This document shows positions 11,701 to 19,323 of a DNA stretch of 57,449 bases, piece by piece. The notes below the pieces were generated by a model. It was not told where the DNA came from. It did no database searches and was given only the letters and a program-made list of their open reading frames with translations. The position numbers and the translations under genes were made by a program. Position 1 is the stretch's first letter, and each line of letters opens with the position of its first letter. Source of the DNA: Prorocentrum cordatum (Eukaryota); contig CAUYUJ010000023.1 in the NCBI GenBank assembly GCA_963575745.1, positions 62,001-119,449 of the forward strand, written 5' to 3'.

Positions 11701-12836
11701 AATCGATTGTGGGTCGTGGTGTACGTAGATGTCTGCTGTGCTGTTAGTCGCCGTCGCTGCTGCCGTCGGACTCGTGCCAGAAGCCGCGTGCGAATGGCGT
11801 CGTCATCGAGGTGGAAGTTGCCGCTATCCATCTCGCTGCTGTTATCGAGGAAGGTGTCCTCGATCCCAGGGAAGTAGTCTATCGTGATCGCACTGTGGTA
11901 CTCGGGCGTCTCGTTGTGGACGTCGGAGCCGTTGAATTTCCGTGCATGCATAGAGCCAAAATGGCTAGTTGCGGTGACCGTGACGTCGGGCTTGGGTCGC
12001 TCGAGTCGGGGTGGTGTATGTAACCAATTCGTCTCGTCGCCTGGCCTCGCCCTTGGTGTGGTCGGCGTGACACGCTGAGTGCTCTCAGAGATGGTGGAGC
12101 GAGGTAGGTCGTGCCTTGGCGATGTGTCGGAGGTGGCGGCGTAGGAGCCAGGTGGCGCTCGTGGAGGTGTCAACCTGCGCGAGGTGCCATCTGGGGGGAC
12201 CCTCCCCAGTATGGCAGTCGAGCTTGGGTGGGGGCGCGAACCGCTAGAGTGGATTTCCCACTCTTCGGTCGGGTGGCGCCTATGGTGGATAGTTGTTGGC
12301 TGTCCATCGGTTGCGTCGTGCTGGTAGTGTGAAGCAAGTGAAACTGCTGCCGTTGTCCGTCGGGTCTGATCTGCTATCCCCAAAGCAGGAGTCAGTGCAC
12401 GTGGACTGGTGGTGTGTGTCGGAAGGTGGCTGTCAGAAGTGCAAGTCACCTGCACCCCCTGGGTCGTCAGGTTGGTTGCGGTCTGCAAGCTAGTGGAGTC
12501 TGCTGTCGAGAAGGGAAGATGGCAGAGTCGGCTGTCTATGTTGCCTGGCGCTCGGTGCTGATCCGCAGTCCCCAAAGCGGGTGTCAGCCTGTCGAGGTCA
12601 GTCGGTGTATGCTTCCCTAGTGGAAGGCGGGGTGGGTGTGCGTGTCTGATGCTGCAAGTTACCTGCACCGCAGGGGTCGCAAGGTTCGTTGCTGCGTCTG
12701 TGACATTGTGATGCTGTGTGGCGCTGGGCCGATATTTACGTATGGTCGCTTGAGGCCGCCCAGGGGCCTGTTGCTCTGGTCTTTTTCGACGGGTCCGATG
12801 AGCCAGAGCGCCCTCATCGGGGTCGTTCGTATCTAG
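5769..12836 (-). CDS. LINE ORF2 polyprotein (RNase H - APE endonuclease - RT - C2H2 x2 - DNMT-like remnant)
   Basis: The frame is open from 12866 to the TGA at 5769. The first in-frame ATG is at 11951 (the ORF track uses a GTG at 12668). The start given here assumes entry by -1 frameshift from ORF1. Domain motifs are listed in the sub-features. Confidence 0.95.
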   Translation of the reverse strand, partial: LDTNDPDEGALAHRTRRKRPEQQAPGRPQATIRKYRPSATQHHNVTDAATNLATPAVQVTCSIRHAHPPRLPLGKHTPTDLDRLTPALGTADQHRAPGNIDSRLCHLPFSTADSTSLQTATNLTTQGVQVTCTSDSHLPTHTTSPRALTPALGIADQTRRTTAAVSLASHYQHDATDGQPTTIHHRRHPTEEWEIHSSGSRPHPSSTAILGRVPPDGTSRRLTPPRAPPGSYAATSDTSPRHDLPRSTISESTQRVTPTTPRARPGDETNWLHTPPRLERPKPDVTVTATSHFGSMHARKFNGSDVHNETPEYHSAITIDYFPGIEDTFLDNSSEMDSGNFHLDDDAIRTRLLARVRRQQRRRLTAQQTSTYTTTHNRFQALQPSPPPPSARHTTTLPTQQPTGHPPVVLTASQGAGHGTAAPDRDCHVATGERRQRQKTAMHPFRCPTGVYATTHNGQAAHRRQQKATALLPFRVQRPPNPSADKQPQQPQPSYHEANLDITRYHGLQPPGDCTCDLGDTRGLIRRIRATTAPFLNANIEGDDLHPAATYALNNTTKGNNAHSAKHIFTDASHNARRPDCCSWAFLVLQEGGEHDQRTFRGAFSSIVSKSHNMKLNDRSTTNTTGEIMAIVQALMWSIAVAEPQPICIHTDCETAINICMGRATASADEHLARFMKVIFDTLKNENDITLHHVPSHEGMPWNELADGISKRTRKRYERGHDYDTIPHNFRDIIADTKYYQWESILQPDHPDRAAYPLREGATLRFGLPTRNASVRHLMAPKTVSAKETKIELSIATYNAESVRESDAQQQKKFTKAARLAHQWRGPLLRRQFQEKRLHIIGIQEARNERRTTTGNGYFIISSPHDHYNAGCELWINVEKPYAYNKDGPQHFEPRHCHVLISEPRILIVKVTTDCINTTICVFHAPHSKKGPQERQDFWQRLQKLVQQHRPNLMLADANGRLGSVQSTSVGPAGLSQTEDSNGKELHEIAAAGHYVIANTVISNGDEHHTWTDAYGHKHRIDYIIADDTLISHITDVKTLADIETMKKHRQGQHHREDHLPVTARACWTVRHTAPKQLFPKIDKHQLNDEKAVETFKMHLDATVLPSWGTEYDEHIHQYMLTIMDAATSAFKRSGKKKYQEYISETTLDFVLSRRKFMKLLRKATTHGATASTTKRRIQRLINDIHNDPTLQMTPEAIHTTYCETYMLNYAAANFPYNPDYHGFLQHVRHWIDATRKVIVKMTGRDYDAFLEEQAQKAMDAKRTGDTYTEWKYTKKLLLFGGRKRRKRQAYPMTNAADGTVLDSSTSKADAATRHFGHNEAADILSAQDVVNRYNAKEDRTDPAQPRRTRHVNNFASIYELTDILHKARPHRAPGPDRVSDDFSKIAPRQMARHMHPIITKAALFCREGVALKGSRMTYFWKGKGSEEDLNNQRSITLANTVIKHHYRYIRQCMKDLIPTMLFSTQTGGRHHYSTDINHMTMRLLSNTAYHVKHDMVIIMIDLKAAFHKVVNQLVYNFTQTKEQLDDLLAHIDIPHVMLPAIEALMTNNGIVNQHVDNQHIVDMLTEAHTGTWFYIDDQCSYAAPRLGTRPGVPTADFTFNMLMADVTRDYHDHAVEDGATFDIPHAPPCLRACDHNATLSSTSFVDDVKAAASTADGTMIHALITKMWGHLIRATLRRGLPINTKKSSFIVYPNTVAGKRATRTMIRDNHSITDMGLCVTIARSTKLLGAMFNDRNDMGQETAARTIALRETTGPLRRTLFQRQAISIQTKIHYLESFGYSRLLFNAGTWLITTARDYHRINTAYVTAARQAIGITHKAMKDKHITNEQILARAQLPNLEDRLRWLRLRELLRLIKGCPYETQALIDYDIEVNGTWTQTINNDIHTCRQHCDGTRITTAPKDIIDFIKAARNDMHTVKSFITSTYKRAQDSSSDRAAQDQLRADLSLTATALGVLPLPRQAGTTTPAPARVMCYHCGATFKTKAAHNKHVYAVHQDKHTIDNYIVGDTCQVCLKYFYTANRLTKHVKSSHQCAATLMQFGAKPPTEDIDAHKEETRRVRRSNRHAGLPEDYAERPPIQLHGPALGPPTHADHDHRPIPAQLPTDAPTTQDSGPNRADTGMTDITGKPSIVLLFTANHDHTSAVTDALQATADRHSISIELHHLPTKHPPQPDPTASDTATTPYDHAAFCIIDADLTTFDRDLNLRTQEAPWGRLDLTPTQHRAVRQDNDSMRHVLRTAQRMMMTRTPTIILDSSLRHLQLQEYAYITTTCSTTPTTAFTACNCPADITTTTTLTQAIEQTLQTTADAYTKAQKWHYDGQLGDNSGGFGNYGGLPSDHNGEHQPTEYRLVITPSR
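5975..6455 (-). other. Degenerate cytosine DNA methyltransferase-like domain at the ORF2 C-terminus
   Basis: IVLLFTA ... IIDADLTTFDR ... LRTQEAPWGRLDLTPTQHRAVRQDN ... IILDSS follows the order and spacing of the retrotransposon DNMT pattern as I recall it from Symbiodiniaceae elements (LFSG ... GPPCxTWS ... LRS..PWG..L.....V..GN ... LEHP). The catalytic PC and E residues are absent. Confidence 0.5.
6735..6920 (-). other. Two C2H2 zinc fingers in ORF2
   Basis: CYHCGATFKTKAAHNKHVYAVH and CQVCLKYFYTANRLTKHVKSSHQC. Confidence 0.85.
7640..8730 (-). other. Non-LTR reverse transcriptase domain
   Basis: RAPGPD, KGKG..RSITL, QTGGR, IDLKAAFHKV, GTRPG, FVDD, GLPINTKKS and LLG motifs in canonical order. 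Confidence 0.95.
9640..10460 (-). other. APE-type (EEP superfamily) endonuclease domain
   Basis: IATYNA, IIGIQE, HAPH, ADANG, TW, RIDYI and DHLPV motifs. Confidence 0.93.
10700..11140 (-). other. RNase H1-like domain located upstream of the endonuclease
   Basis: IFTDAS, TNTTGEIMAIVQAL, IHTDC and HVPSHEG.PWNELAD; the D-E-D-H-D catalytic set is present. Confidence 0.92.
11953..11967 (-). other. DinoSL relic 1 nt upstream of the first ORF2 ATG
   Basis: Minus strand reads TAGCCATTTTGGCTC-T-ATG, a 15-nt exact match to DinoSL; it translates as SHFGS. Confidence 0.75.
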
Positions 12837-12842
12837 TTTTTT
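12773..12842 (-). promoter_or_regulatory. Predicted programmed -1 ribosomal frameshift signal (slippery heptamer plus H-type pseudoknot)
   Basis: ORF1 ends CCA AAA AAC TAG, with A_AAA_AAC at 12842-12836, and the -1 frame is ORF2. Stem 1 is CCGAUGAG/CUCAUCGG (12820-12813 with 12802-12795). Stem 2 is loop GCUCUGG with CCAGAGC (12809-12803 with 12779-12773). Confidence 0.8.
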
Positions 12843-15664
12843 GGACGCAGCGCGGTGTCCGATCCTTCATCGTCGGGATCGGCGCGGAGAGGGACGCGGT
12901 CGGATATGTCCACGAAGCCGTCACCGCTGTCGTGGATACGGACCTTCCGCGGTGGTCGTGATGTGGAGTCCTGTCTCTTGAGGGCCGATCGGGTTCGTGA
13001 GGGTGGCGCTGACTGGGCCCTGTCGGGCGTTCCCATATGGAATCTGGGTGGATGGATGATGGGGCTGTAGGCTTGGGTTGGGGTGATGCTGGTGATCGGT
13101 CGAGTCTTGGGCGTGGTGGGTACTTCGTGCTCGTCGTCGCTGAGATCGATGAGAATTGTGGTAAGGGGCGTGGATCGCTGTTGGTCGTCGGGTGTCGGTC
13201 TCGTGTCGGGGGGGGCGGACATGGCACGCACTTCGGGGAAGATGATGTGTGGGGTGGAGGGAGTGGCCTGCGCAGCTGGGATGGGGGTGTCGGTGCCTTC
13301 GAGGTCGGAGTCGTGATGAAGGTCAGGAATGGGCGTAGACTGTCCGTCGTCGTGCTGAGAGAGGTAGCCGTCGTCGGCGATGGGCGTGGGAGAGCACGAA
13401 GATCTTGGAGAGCTCGATTGGTGTGCTTGTGTATCGCCGTGGTGTGCTTCAGAGGGCTTGTCGTGGTCGGCATCGCTGAGTGGGGCGATACTGGCTGGAG
13501 GGTGTGTGGGCGTTCTGTCGTGGGTGTGGTCGGGGTTCGGGGCGGGTGGTGAGGTGGGTGGTGCGGCTGCAACGCCGAGGTCTCGTAAGCTCCATGCGTC
13601 TGAGTTGGACGTGGAATGAGCTGCGTTCGGTGGAGAGCTCATCTGTCGTAGCTGCTCGAGGTAGATGTCGGCGTGTGGGTGAGGCAGCTCGTAGGGGCCT
13701 GGGATGATCGCGGTGAGGGCGCCTTCGATCTCGCGGTGGATGCGCTTCTCCTCTGTGTCGGCTAACGCCTGCTGTCTGTTCTCCTCCTCGACTCTCTCGC
13801 TGAATCTCGTGTTCAATTCTTGCAACAGTTCAAGATCAAGAGGGTCATGAAGAAGCTCGGCTTGTCGAAACTCACGTTGCATTTCCTCCCTTTCCTTTAT
13901 TCGCATCTCCTCGGTCGTCGCCAGGCGGTTGATGTACCTGTCGTGGAGCTGCTGCTCGGTGAGGTGTAGGTTGGCACGTTCGCCTTGGAGTCGGGCTCGT
14001 TCGTGCTGGTGCTCGGTGCGAATCGTGGCTGCTTCGTGTTGTTGCGCACGCAGTTCACCGTACTCCTCGAGGATCTTCTCTTTGGCTTGCATGAGTGCCG
14101 ATGATTCCGCATGAGCCCTGCAGTTGATTTCATGAAGCTGTCGTTGCTGAGCCAGTCGAAGTGCGTCTTCTTGTTGCTGCCCTCTCATCTCGTGCTGAAG
14201 TAGGAGGTTGTGAGCACACTGAGCTTCCTCCTGTTGAAGGCGGTGCTCGGATATTAGATGCTGGAGCCAAAATGGCTTAGCCTCCCGTAGTTCGTGTTGC
14301 TGTACTGCTTCCCGCCGTGCAAGGTGACCACGTGCGGCGTCGTGAAGTAGTTGGTGCTGTTCGAGCTCGGTCTTCATGCGATGTGCCTGTTCAGCTTCAT
14401 CTTCCTGGCGTCGTTGTTCAGACTGTCGTAGGAACCGTTGTGCCTGCTGATGTTCTAGGTGGCGGTTGCGCACGTTGATCTCGTCTATCTCCTCCTGGAA
14501 GCGGCGCTGGAGTCGTTGCTCGTGGTGCTGTAGTTCGAGATGAAGCTCGTTGAAGGCCTTCCGAGACGTGTGTGCTTCCATGCGCTCAAACTCCTCCTGC
14601 AACTGTTCGCGGTGCTCGGCTTGTCGGAGATCAGCTTGTTGTTGGAGGTGAGCTAGGTGGTGCTGATGGGGTCCCGTGTGTTGTCGCTGCTGGTCCACCT
14701 TTTTGGAGAGGTCCGTGATCATCGCGAGCAGCTCTTTGTGACCTTTTTGGTGTGGGTCGTCCTGCTGTCGAAGTGGTGCTGCTGCTGGTGCTGCGTACTG
14801 CTGGGGTCGATGATCTTCGCGCTGTCGTGGGTGAGGTGTCTGTGTCCGAGTCCTGCGCCTGTTGTGGTGGTCCTTCTCGCTCTCGTCGTTGTCGCTGTAG
14901 AAGTCGTCATACTCGAGGTCGGGTGTGGCGTCGTCCCTCTTCAACTTCGACTCCTGGAGTAGAGCCCGTAGTATCCTCAAGCTGCCCTCCGTGTTGTCGA
15001 ACTCGGTCTGCATCTTCCTGATGTCGTCCTTGAGCGCATTTTTTTGCCTGACCGTGGTGTCGATGCATCGGCGGTAGTAGTGCACCCGCTCGTCGGGAGA
15101 CAACGTGAGGAGGAGCATTGCCTTGTTGACGGACAGCTCTGCGACGATCTTGGCATCGTCGACGCCGACGGCGCGTGCGCCCTGAGCTTGGTCTGCCAAC
15201 CGAGCGATGCGTCCGCGCTTGGTTGTCACCCAAAGGCGGCGCATGTCCTCCTCCAGCGGGGGCGTGGAGAAGCTCTCGTGGGACTGCATGCGCACGTCGT
15301 CGGCAGGGAGGACCTGATCGAGGATCTCGCGCTGCTTCTTGGAGAACTGGAAGCCGTCGAAGAAGTTGTGCGCGCCGTAGTGCTTCCTGCTCTGCGTCCG
15401 TGACTTTGTGCGAGGTGTGGAGCGAGCCCGTGAGCCTTTCTTGTGGGTGTCCTCGCCGTGGTGGGTGAAGTGGTGAGCATGCTCGTCCTTGGCGTCGCCG
15501 TCGTACTGGTCGTGGCCGTCGCGGTCCTGCTGCCAGCTCTGGTCGTCGTTCTTCCCGTACGTCCTGCGTCGTCGCGTCCGAGATCCCGACCTCCACGGCC
15601 AGGGCTGAGCTCCGACGGGATGACCTCGAGAGGCCACGCGCTGGTGCTTCCAGTCCTGCGCCAT
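12833..15664 (-). CDS. LINE ORF1, coiled-coil-like Q/E/H/R-rich protein (943 aa from the first ATG)
   Basis: Uninterrupted ORF on the same strand directly upstream of ORF2 (the track extends it to a TTG at 15730). Long helical Q/E/R-rich core and a P/T-rich C-terminus; no RRM or CCHC knuckle recognised. Confidence 0.85.
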   Translation of the reverse strand: MAQDWKHQRVASRGHPVGAQPWPWRSGSRTRRRRTYGKNDDQSWQQDRDGHDQYDGDAKDEHAHHFTHHGEDTHKKGSRARSTPRTKSRTQSRKHYGAHNFFDGFQFSKKQREILDQVLPADDVRMQSHESFSTPPLEEDMRRLWVTTKRGRIARLADQAQGARAVGVDDAKIVAELSVNKAMLLLTLSPDERVHYYRRCIDTTVRQKNALKDDIRKMQTEFDNTEGSLRILRALLQESKLKRDDATPDLEYDDFYSDNDESEKDHHNRRRTRTQTPHPRQREDHRPQQYAAPAAAPLRQQDDPHQKGHKELLAMITDLSKKVDQQRQHTGPHQHHLAHLQQQADLRQAEHREQLQEEFERMEAHTSRKAFNELHLELQHHEQRLQRRFQEEIDEINVRNRHLEHQQAQRFLRQSEQRRQEDEAEQAHRMKTELEQHQLLHDAARGHLARREAVQQHELREAKPFWLQHLISEHRLQQEEAQCAHNLLLQHEMRGQQQEDALRLAQQRQLHEINCRAHAESSALMQAKEKILEEYGELRAQQHEAATIRTEHQHERARLQGERANLHLTEQQLHDRYINRLATTEEMRIKEREEMQREFRQAELLHDPLDLELLQELNTRFSERVEEENRQQALADTEEKRIHREIEGALTAIIPGPYELPHPHADIYLEQLRQMSSPPNAAHSTSNSDAWSLRDLGVAAAPPTSPPAPNPDHTHDRTPTHPPASIAPLSDADHDKPSEAHHGDTQAHQSSSPRSSCSPTPIADDGYLSQHDDGQSTPIPDLHHDSDLEGTDTPIPAAQATPSTPHIIFPEVRAMSAPPDTRPTPDDQQRSTPLTTILIDLSDDEHEVPTTPKTRPITSITPTQAYSPIIHPPRFHMGTPDRAQSAPPSRTRSALKRQDSTSRPPRKVRIHDSGDGFVDISDRVPLRADPDDEGSDTALRPKN
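14261..14277 (-). other. DinoSL relic inside ORF1
   Basis: Minus strand AGCCATTTTGGCTCCAG matches 16 of the last 17 nt of DinoSL; it translates as PFWLQ. Confidence 0.65.
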
Positions 15665-16456
15665 CTTGTCGTCGGGCTGGGCGCTGTGGTGCTCCGCGAG
15701 GGTCCTCGCGGCAGAGAGGACTCGGAGCAACGTGCGCGCCTGAGCACGTTGCTGCCGCTGGCGCCGATGCCAGGATGGTTCGCCTTCACGAGGCGTCCTG
15801 GCGAGGCGCCTGCCGCGGCCGCGGCGCCGAGCGATGGCCCGCGGCGCGCGAGCCCGAGCACGAGGGGGCGACCGACGAGGGCGACGACGGCCCAGCCCCC
15901 CTCAGCCCGTGGCTTTCCTCCTCCTCCTCCTCCTCCTCCTCCGCCTCCTCCCTCCTCCTCCTCCCCTCCCCCCCTCCCTCCTCCTCCCTCTCTCCCACCC
16001 CCCCCTCCCCACCTCGGATCGGCGGCTGGCGGCGGCGCGGGTGGCCACCAGGCGCCCGCCGTGCGGGAGGGCTGGGCGTCGTGCCCCGGGGGGCGTGGGG
16101 CCCAGTGCCCGCCCGCGTCTGGCGTGCCCCGCCCTGACATCGGACGTGTCGACCAAGGCGCTGACGTCCCGAGGAGTCACGAGGAGTGACGCGCCAGGGG
16201 CGGTGCCCGGGGAATTGAGAGAGGGGGTGGGACAGGAGAGAAGGGGGGGGGGAGAGGAGGGGGGGGGGACAGGAGAGAGGGGGGGGGGACAGAAGAGAGG
16301 GGGGGCAGCCCCATCCTTTCTGCGTCATGTTCCGAGCTGGATCGGTCTGTGCGGGTCCCGGGGCCAGGCATCGAGCGAAGACGCCAGGCTCGAGCAGAAT
16401 TGAGTCGCCGGGATCTGAGGGAGTGCCCGCGGCTCCGAGAACTCCGGCGTCGTTTT

Positions 16457-16503
16457 TGTTGTGGTTGTTGCTGTTGTTGTTGCTGTTGCTGTGGTTGTTG
16501 TGG

Positions 16504-16574
<71 letters not shown>

Positions 16575-16575
16575 G

Positions 16576-16612
<37 letters not shown>

Positions 16613-16690
16613 GGTTGTTGTTGTTGTTGTTGTTGCTGTGGTTGTTGCTGTTTTTGTTCTTCTTCTTCTTATTATGGTTGTTGTTGTTGC

Positions 16691-16739
<49 letters not shown>

Positions 16740-16740
16740 G
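16457..16740. repeat. (GTT)n/(GCT)n microsatellite
   Basis: Seen directly. Confidence 0.95.
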
Positions 16741-17495
16741 AACATTATTTCTTCTTAAGAATAATTATTGTTGGGACCCCTGGTGCGCGACCCCCCCGCC
16801 GCGCCTAGGCCGCAGCCACATTTTCATCATTTTCGTGAGGAAGTCTCAGGCAAAACGGGTTGGTCCGGATCCGGTTGTGTTGTTACGATCGGTTTTCCCT
16901 TGCAAAAAATAAAAGTGGACATTTCTTGTTCTAACATAACCAAACTTCAAGAATCCCTTGCAAAAAATAAGGTAAAGTGGACATTCGCGCGCGCAAGACG
17001 AAATCCTTCCAAAACCTTAGTTTTCGTAGCGATTTTAACATAAAAACATCAAAAAACCAATGGTTTTTCAAAAAAAATGTCAAAATTTCATCCCGCGCGC
17101 TCTTGCGGATTCGTAGGAAACCCAACACTTTTTAAACATTTCTGTCAAACGGGCTTTTGCGAGCAACTTTTTCGAACTTCTGCAACAACGGTTGCGCACC
17201 TGCCAGGGCCATCATCCCTGTCAAATAATACCATGCGGGACACATTCGTTTTTTCTTCGCGCGCGCACGCCGTCGTCGTCGGCCGCGGGGCCCTGAATAG
17301 TAGCCACGGTCGTCCGCATGCCACGAAGTGAAGTGTCCGAACGTCATAGGGCGGGAAGCTGGGTGTGGGTGGTGGCGAAGAGTCGTTTGGAAATTTGGTA
17401 GAGCTTGAACCGGCCCCCCCACAAAGTGGGGGTATTGCCCGCCTCCGATGAAAACCCTGGCACTGGTGAGAACGGTGTGTCCCCACGTGCTAGTA

Positions 17496-17496
<1 letters not shown>
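16741..17496. mobile_element. ~760-bp non-coding SINE-like element flanked by (GTT)n, copy 1
   Basis: Near-identical to 33771-34531 and 49275-50035, with the same termini (AACATTATT... and ...CACGTGCTAGTAA). Confidence 0.85.
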
Positions 17497-17568
<72 letters not shown>

Positions 17569-17736
17569 CCCCCCCTCAGTGTGACCCTCGAGGATCCGGG
17601 CCCTGGCTCTTCGTCCCGAGTTGCTTTCTTGACGGTTCCAGGACTTCGCGAGGACCGCTGGAGACCGAAGCTGGCCGACAAGATCGTTCGGGGATCAAGC
17701 GAAGGCATACGCATCGGAGTCGGAGGCCCAGAGGTT

Positions 17737-17903
17737 GACACCAGCACCAACATCGGCGGTGTGTCTCCACCGAGGGAAGATGGTCCTGATCTCGGTGATG
17801 GTGGTCACATTCGCGCTTCCTAGGTTGCCGGAAGATTACCACCAACACCAAATCTAGGATCATCTTCCTCCCGTGTAGGCAGCCCCTGGTGTTGGTGTTT
17901 GTG
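17737..17903. repeat. ~165-bp imperfect fold-back (MITE-like or hairpin-RNA-like)
   Basis: GAGGGAAGATGGTCCTGATCTCGGTGATGGTGGT pairs with ACCACCAACACCAAATCTAGGATCATCTTCCTC; outer arms ACACCAGCACCA / TGGTGTTGGTGT. Confidence 0.75.
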
Positions 17904-18566
17904 CCCATTTCGAAGCTTTCAGCGGAGGTCCGCGCGGTTTTCTTGGATCGGCGCTGGACCCCCCTTCCCTGGCGCGCGGAGCGCGCCAGGGGCGGCGCCC
18001 GGGGAATTGAGAGAGGGGGTGGGACAGGAGAGAAGGGGGGGGGAGAGGAGGGGGGGGGACAGGAGAGAGGGGGGGGGGCACGAGAGAGGGGGGGGGGGAG
18101 GGGGGGGACAGTAGAGAGGGGGGTACAGGAGAGAGAGGGGGGGGGGACAGGAGAGAGGGGGGGGACAGAGGGGGGGGGGGGAGTGGGGAGGGGGGGGTGA
18201 AAGGAGAGAGGGGGGGGGAGGACAGGAGACAGGGGGCCCCAGCGCCGATCCGAGGAGGCCGCGCACCTCAGAGTTTTTATGTTGATGTCATTGCTTGATC
18301 CCCTGATCTTGAGTCGGGCAGGTCCCTTTACGGGAGGAATCTTCGAGAATGGTCAACAAAATAGTCTGGGGACGATTTTTCGTGCTCTTTTGATTCTTTT
18401 TTTGGGTATTTTTGGAATCATTTTTAAAATGATTCTTCGAAAGTCCGCCTGTAGTAACCCTGATCGTGCCCACGGCAGCGCCCATCGTGCAGGAGCGGCT
18501 GGCCAGCACCCTGGGGCGGCCCCCCGCGGGGGCCGCGGTCCCCACCTCTCCGCCAGCCCTGCAGGG

Positions 18567-18587
18567 CCGTCGTCGCCCTCGTCGTCG

Positions 18588-18627
<40 letters not shown>

Positions 18628-18906
18628 AGTCATCGTCGTCGTCGTCGTCGTCGACGTCGTCGTCGCCGTTGTCGCCCGCATCGTTGCCGACTTCGTCGTC
18701 ATCGTTGTCGTCGGCGTTGTTCTCGTTGCCCCCGTCAGCGTCGTCGTCGTCGTCGTCGTCCCCGGCTTCGTGGGTGTAACGCTGGATGGTTTGTCGTCGG
18801 GGTCGTCGTCGCCCTCGTCGTCGTCTGCGTCGTCGTCGTCGTCGTCGCCTTCGTCGTCGTCTGCGTCGTCGTCGGCGTCGTCACCTTGGTCGTCGTCGTC
18901 ACCTTG

Positions 18907-18939
<33 letters not shown>

Positions 18940-18952
18940 CTTCTCGTCGTCG
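18567..18952. repeat. Degenerate (GTC)n microsatellite
   Basis: Seen directly. Confidence 0.9.
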
Positions 18953-19323
18953 AGCGGGCCCCGCGGGGGACCTCGGCGGATTGTGCTGCGGGCGCCCGGT
19001 GATGCATGCGGGGCGGTGAGCACATGGCGCCCTGGGGCGCAGGCCGTGCGAGTGGGGCATGGCCGCGCCCTCGGCGTGCCCGCCCCTGGGGCAGTGAAAA
19101 CTGTTCACTGCGTGGCGCTGCCTGGACCCCCCTTGGGCAGTGAAACAAATTCTGTGCATCTAGCAGCATGGACCTGTCCGGCGCGAGTGTCTAAGCGCGA
19201 GAGTTTTCGGATATGAGCGGGCTTGGTTATCGACAGACTGGGAGTGAATCTAATTGTAATCTAACTGTGAATTCATTGGAGTGTGAATGAGTCTGAGTGG
19301 TATGAGCGCGTCTCCGCGCATGA

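Larger units (their letters stand above)
5460..15915 (-). mobile_element. Apparently full-length non-LTR retrotransposon (LINE) with two ORFs; boundaries approximate
   Basis: Two uninterrupted long ORFs, the second with RNase H, APE and RT motifs. The sense strand is A/C-rich and lacks the microsatellites that fill the flanks. Both putative UTRs are structured. No LTRs and no clear TSD were found. Confidence 0.93.

Noticed and set aside
12659..12835. UAG read-through (MuLV type) as the role of the pseudoknot
   Set aside because: The ORF1 frame meets TAA near 12659 after read-through and never enters ORF2; only a -1 shift does.
5808..15600. Many antisense and alternate-frame ORFs inside the LINE
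   Set aside because: Shadow ORFs expected from the biased codon usage of ORF1 and ORF2.
5160..15960. (CCT)n tracts at both sides of the LINE as a target-site duplication
   Set aside because: (CCT)n/(GGA)n is ubiquitous here and the left tract is ~240 bp beyond the inferred 3' end, so targeting cannot be established from one copy.
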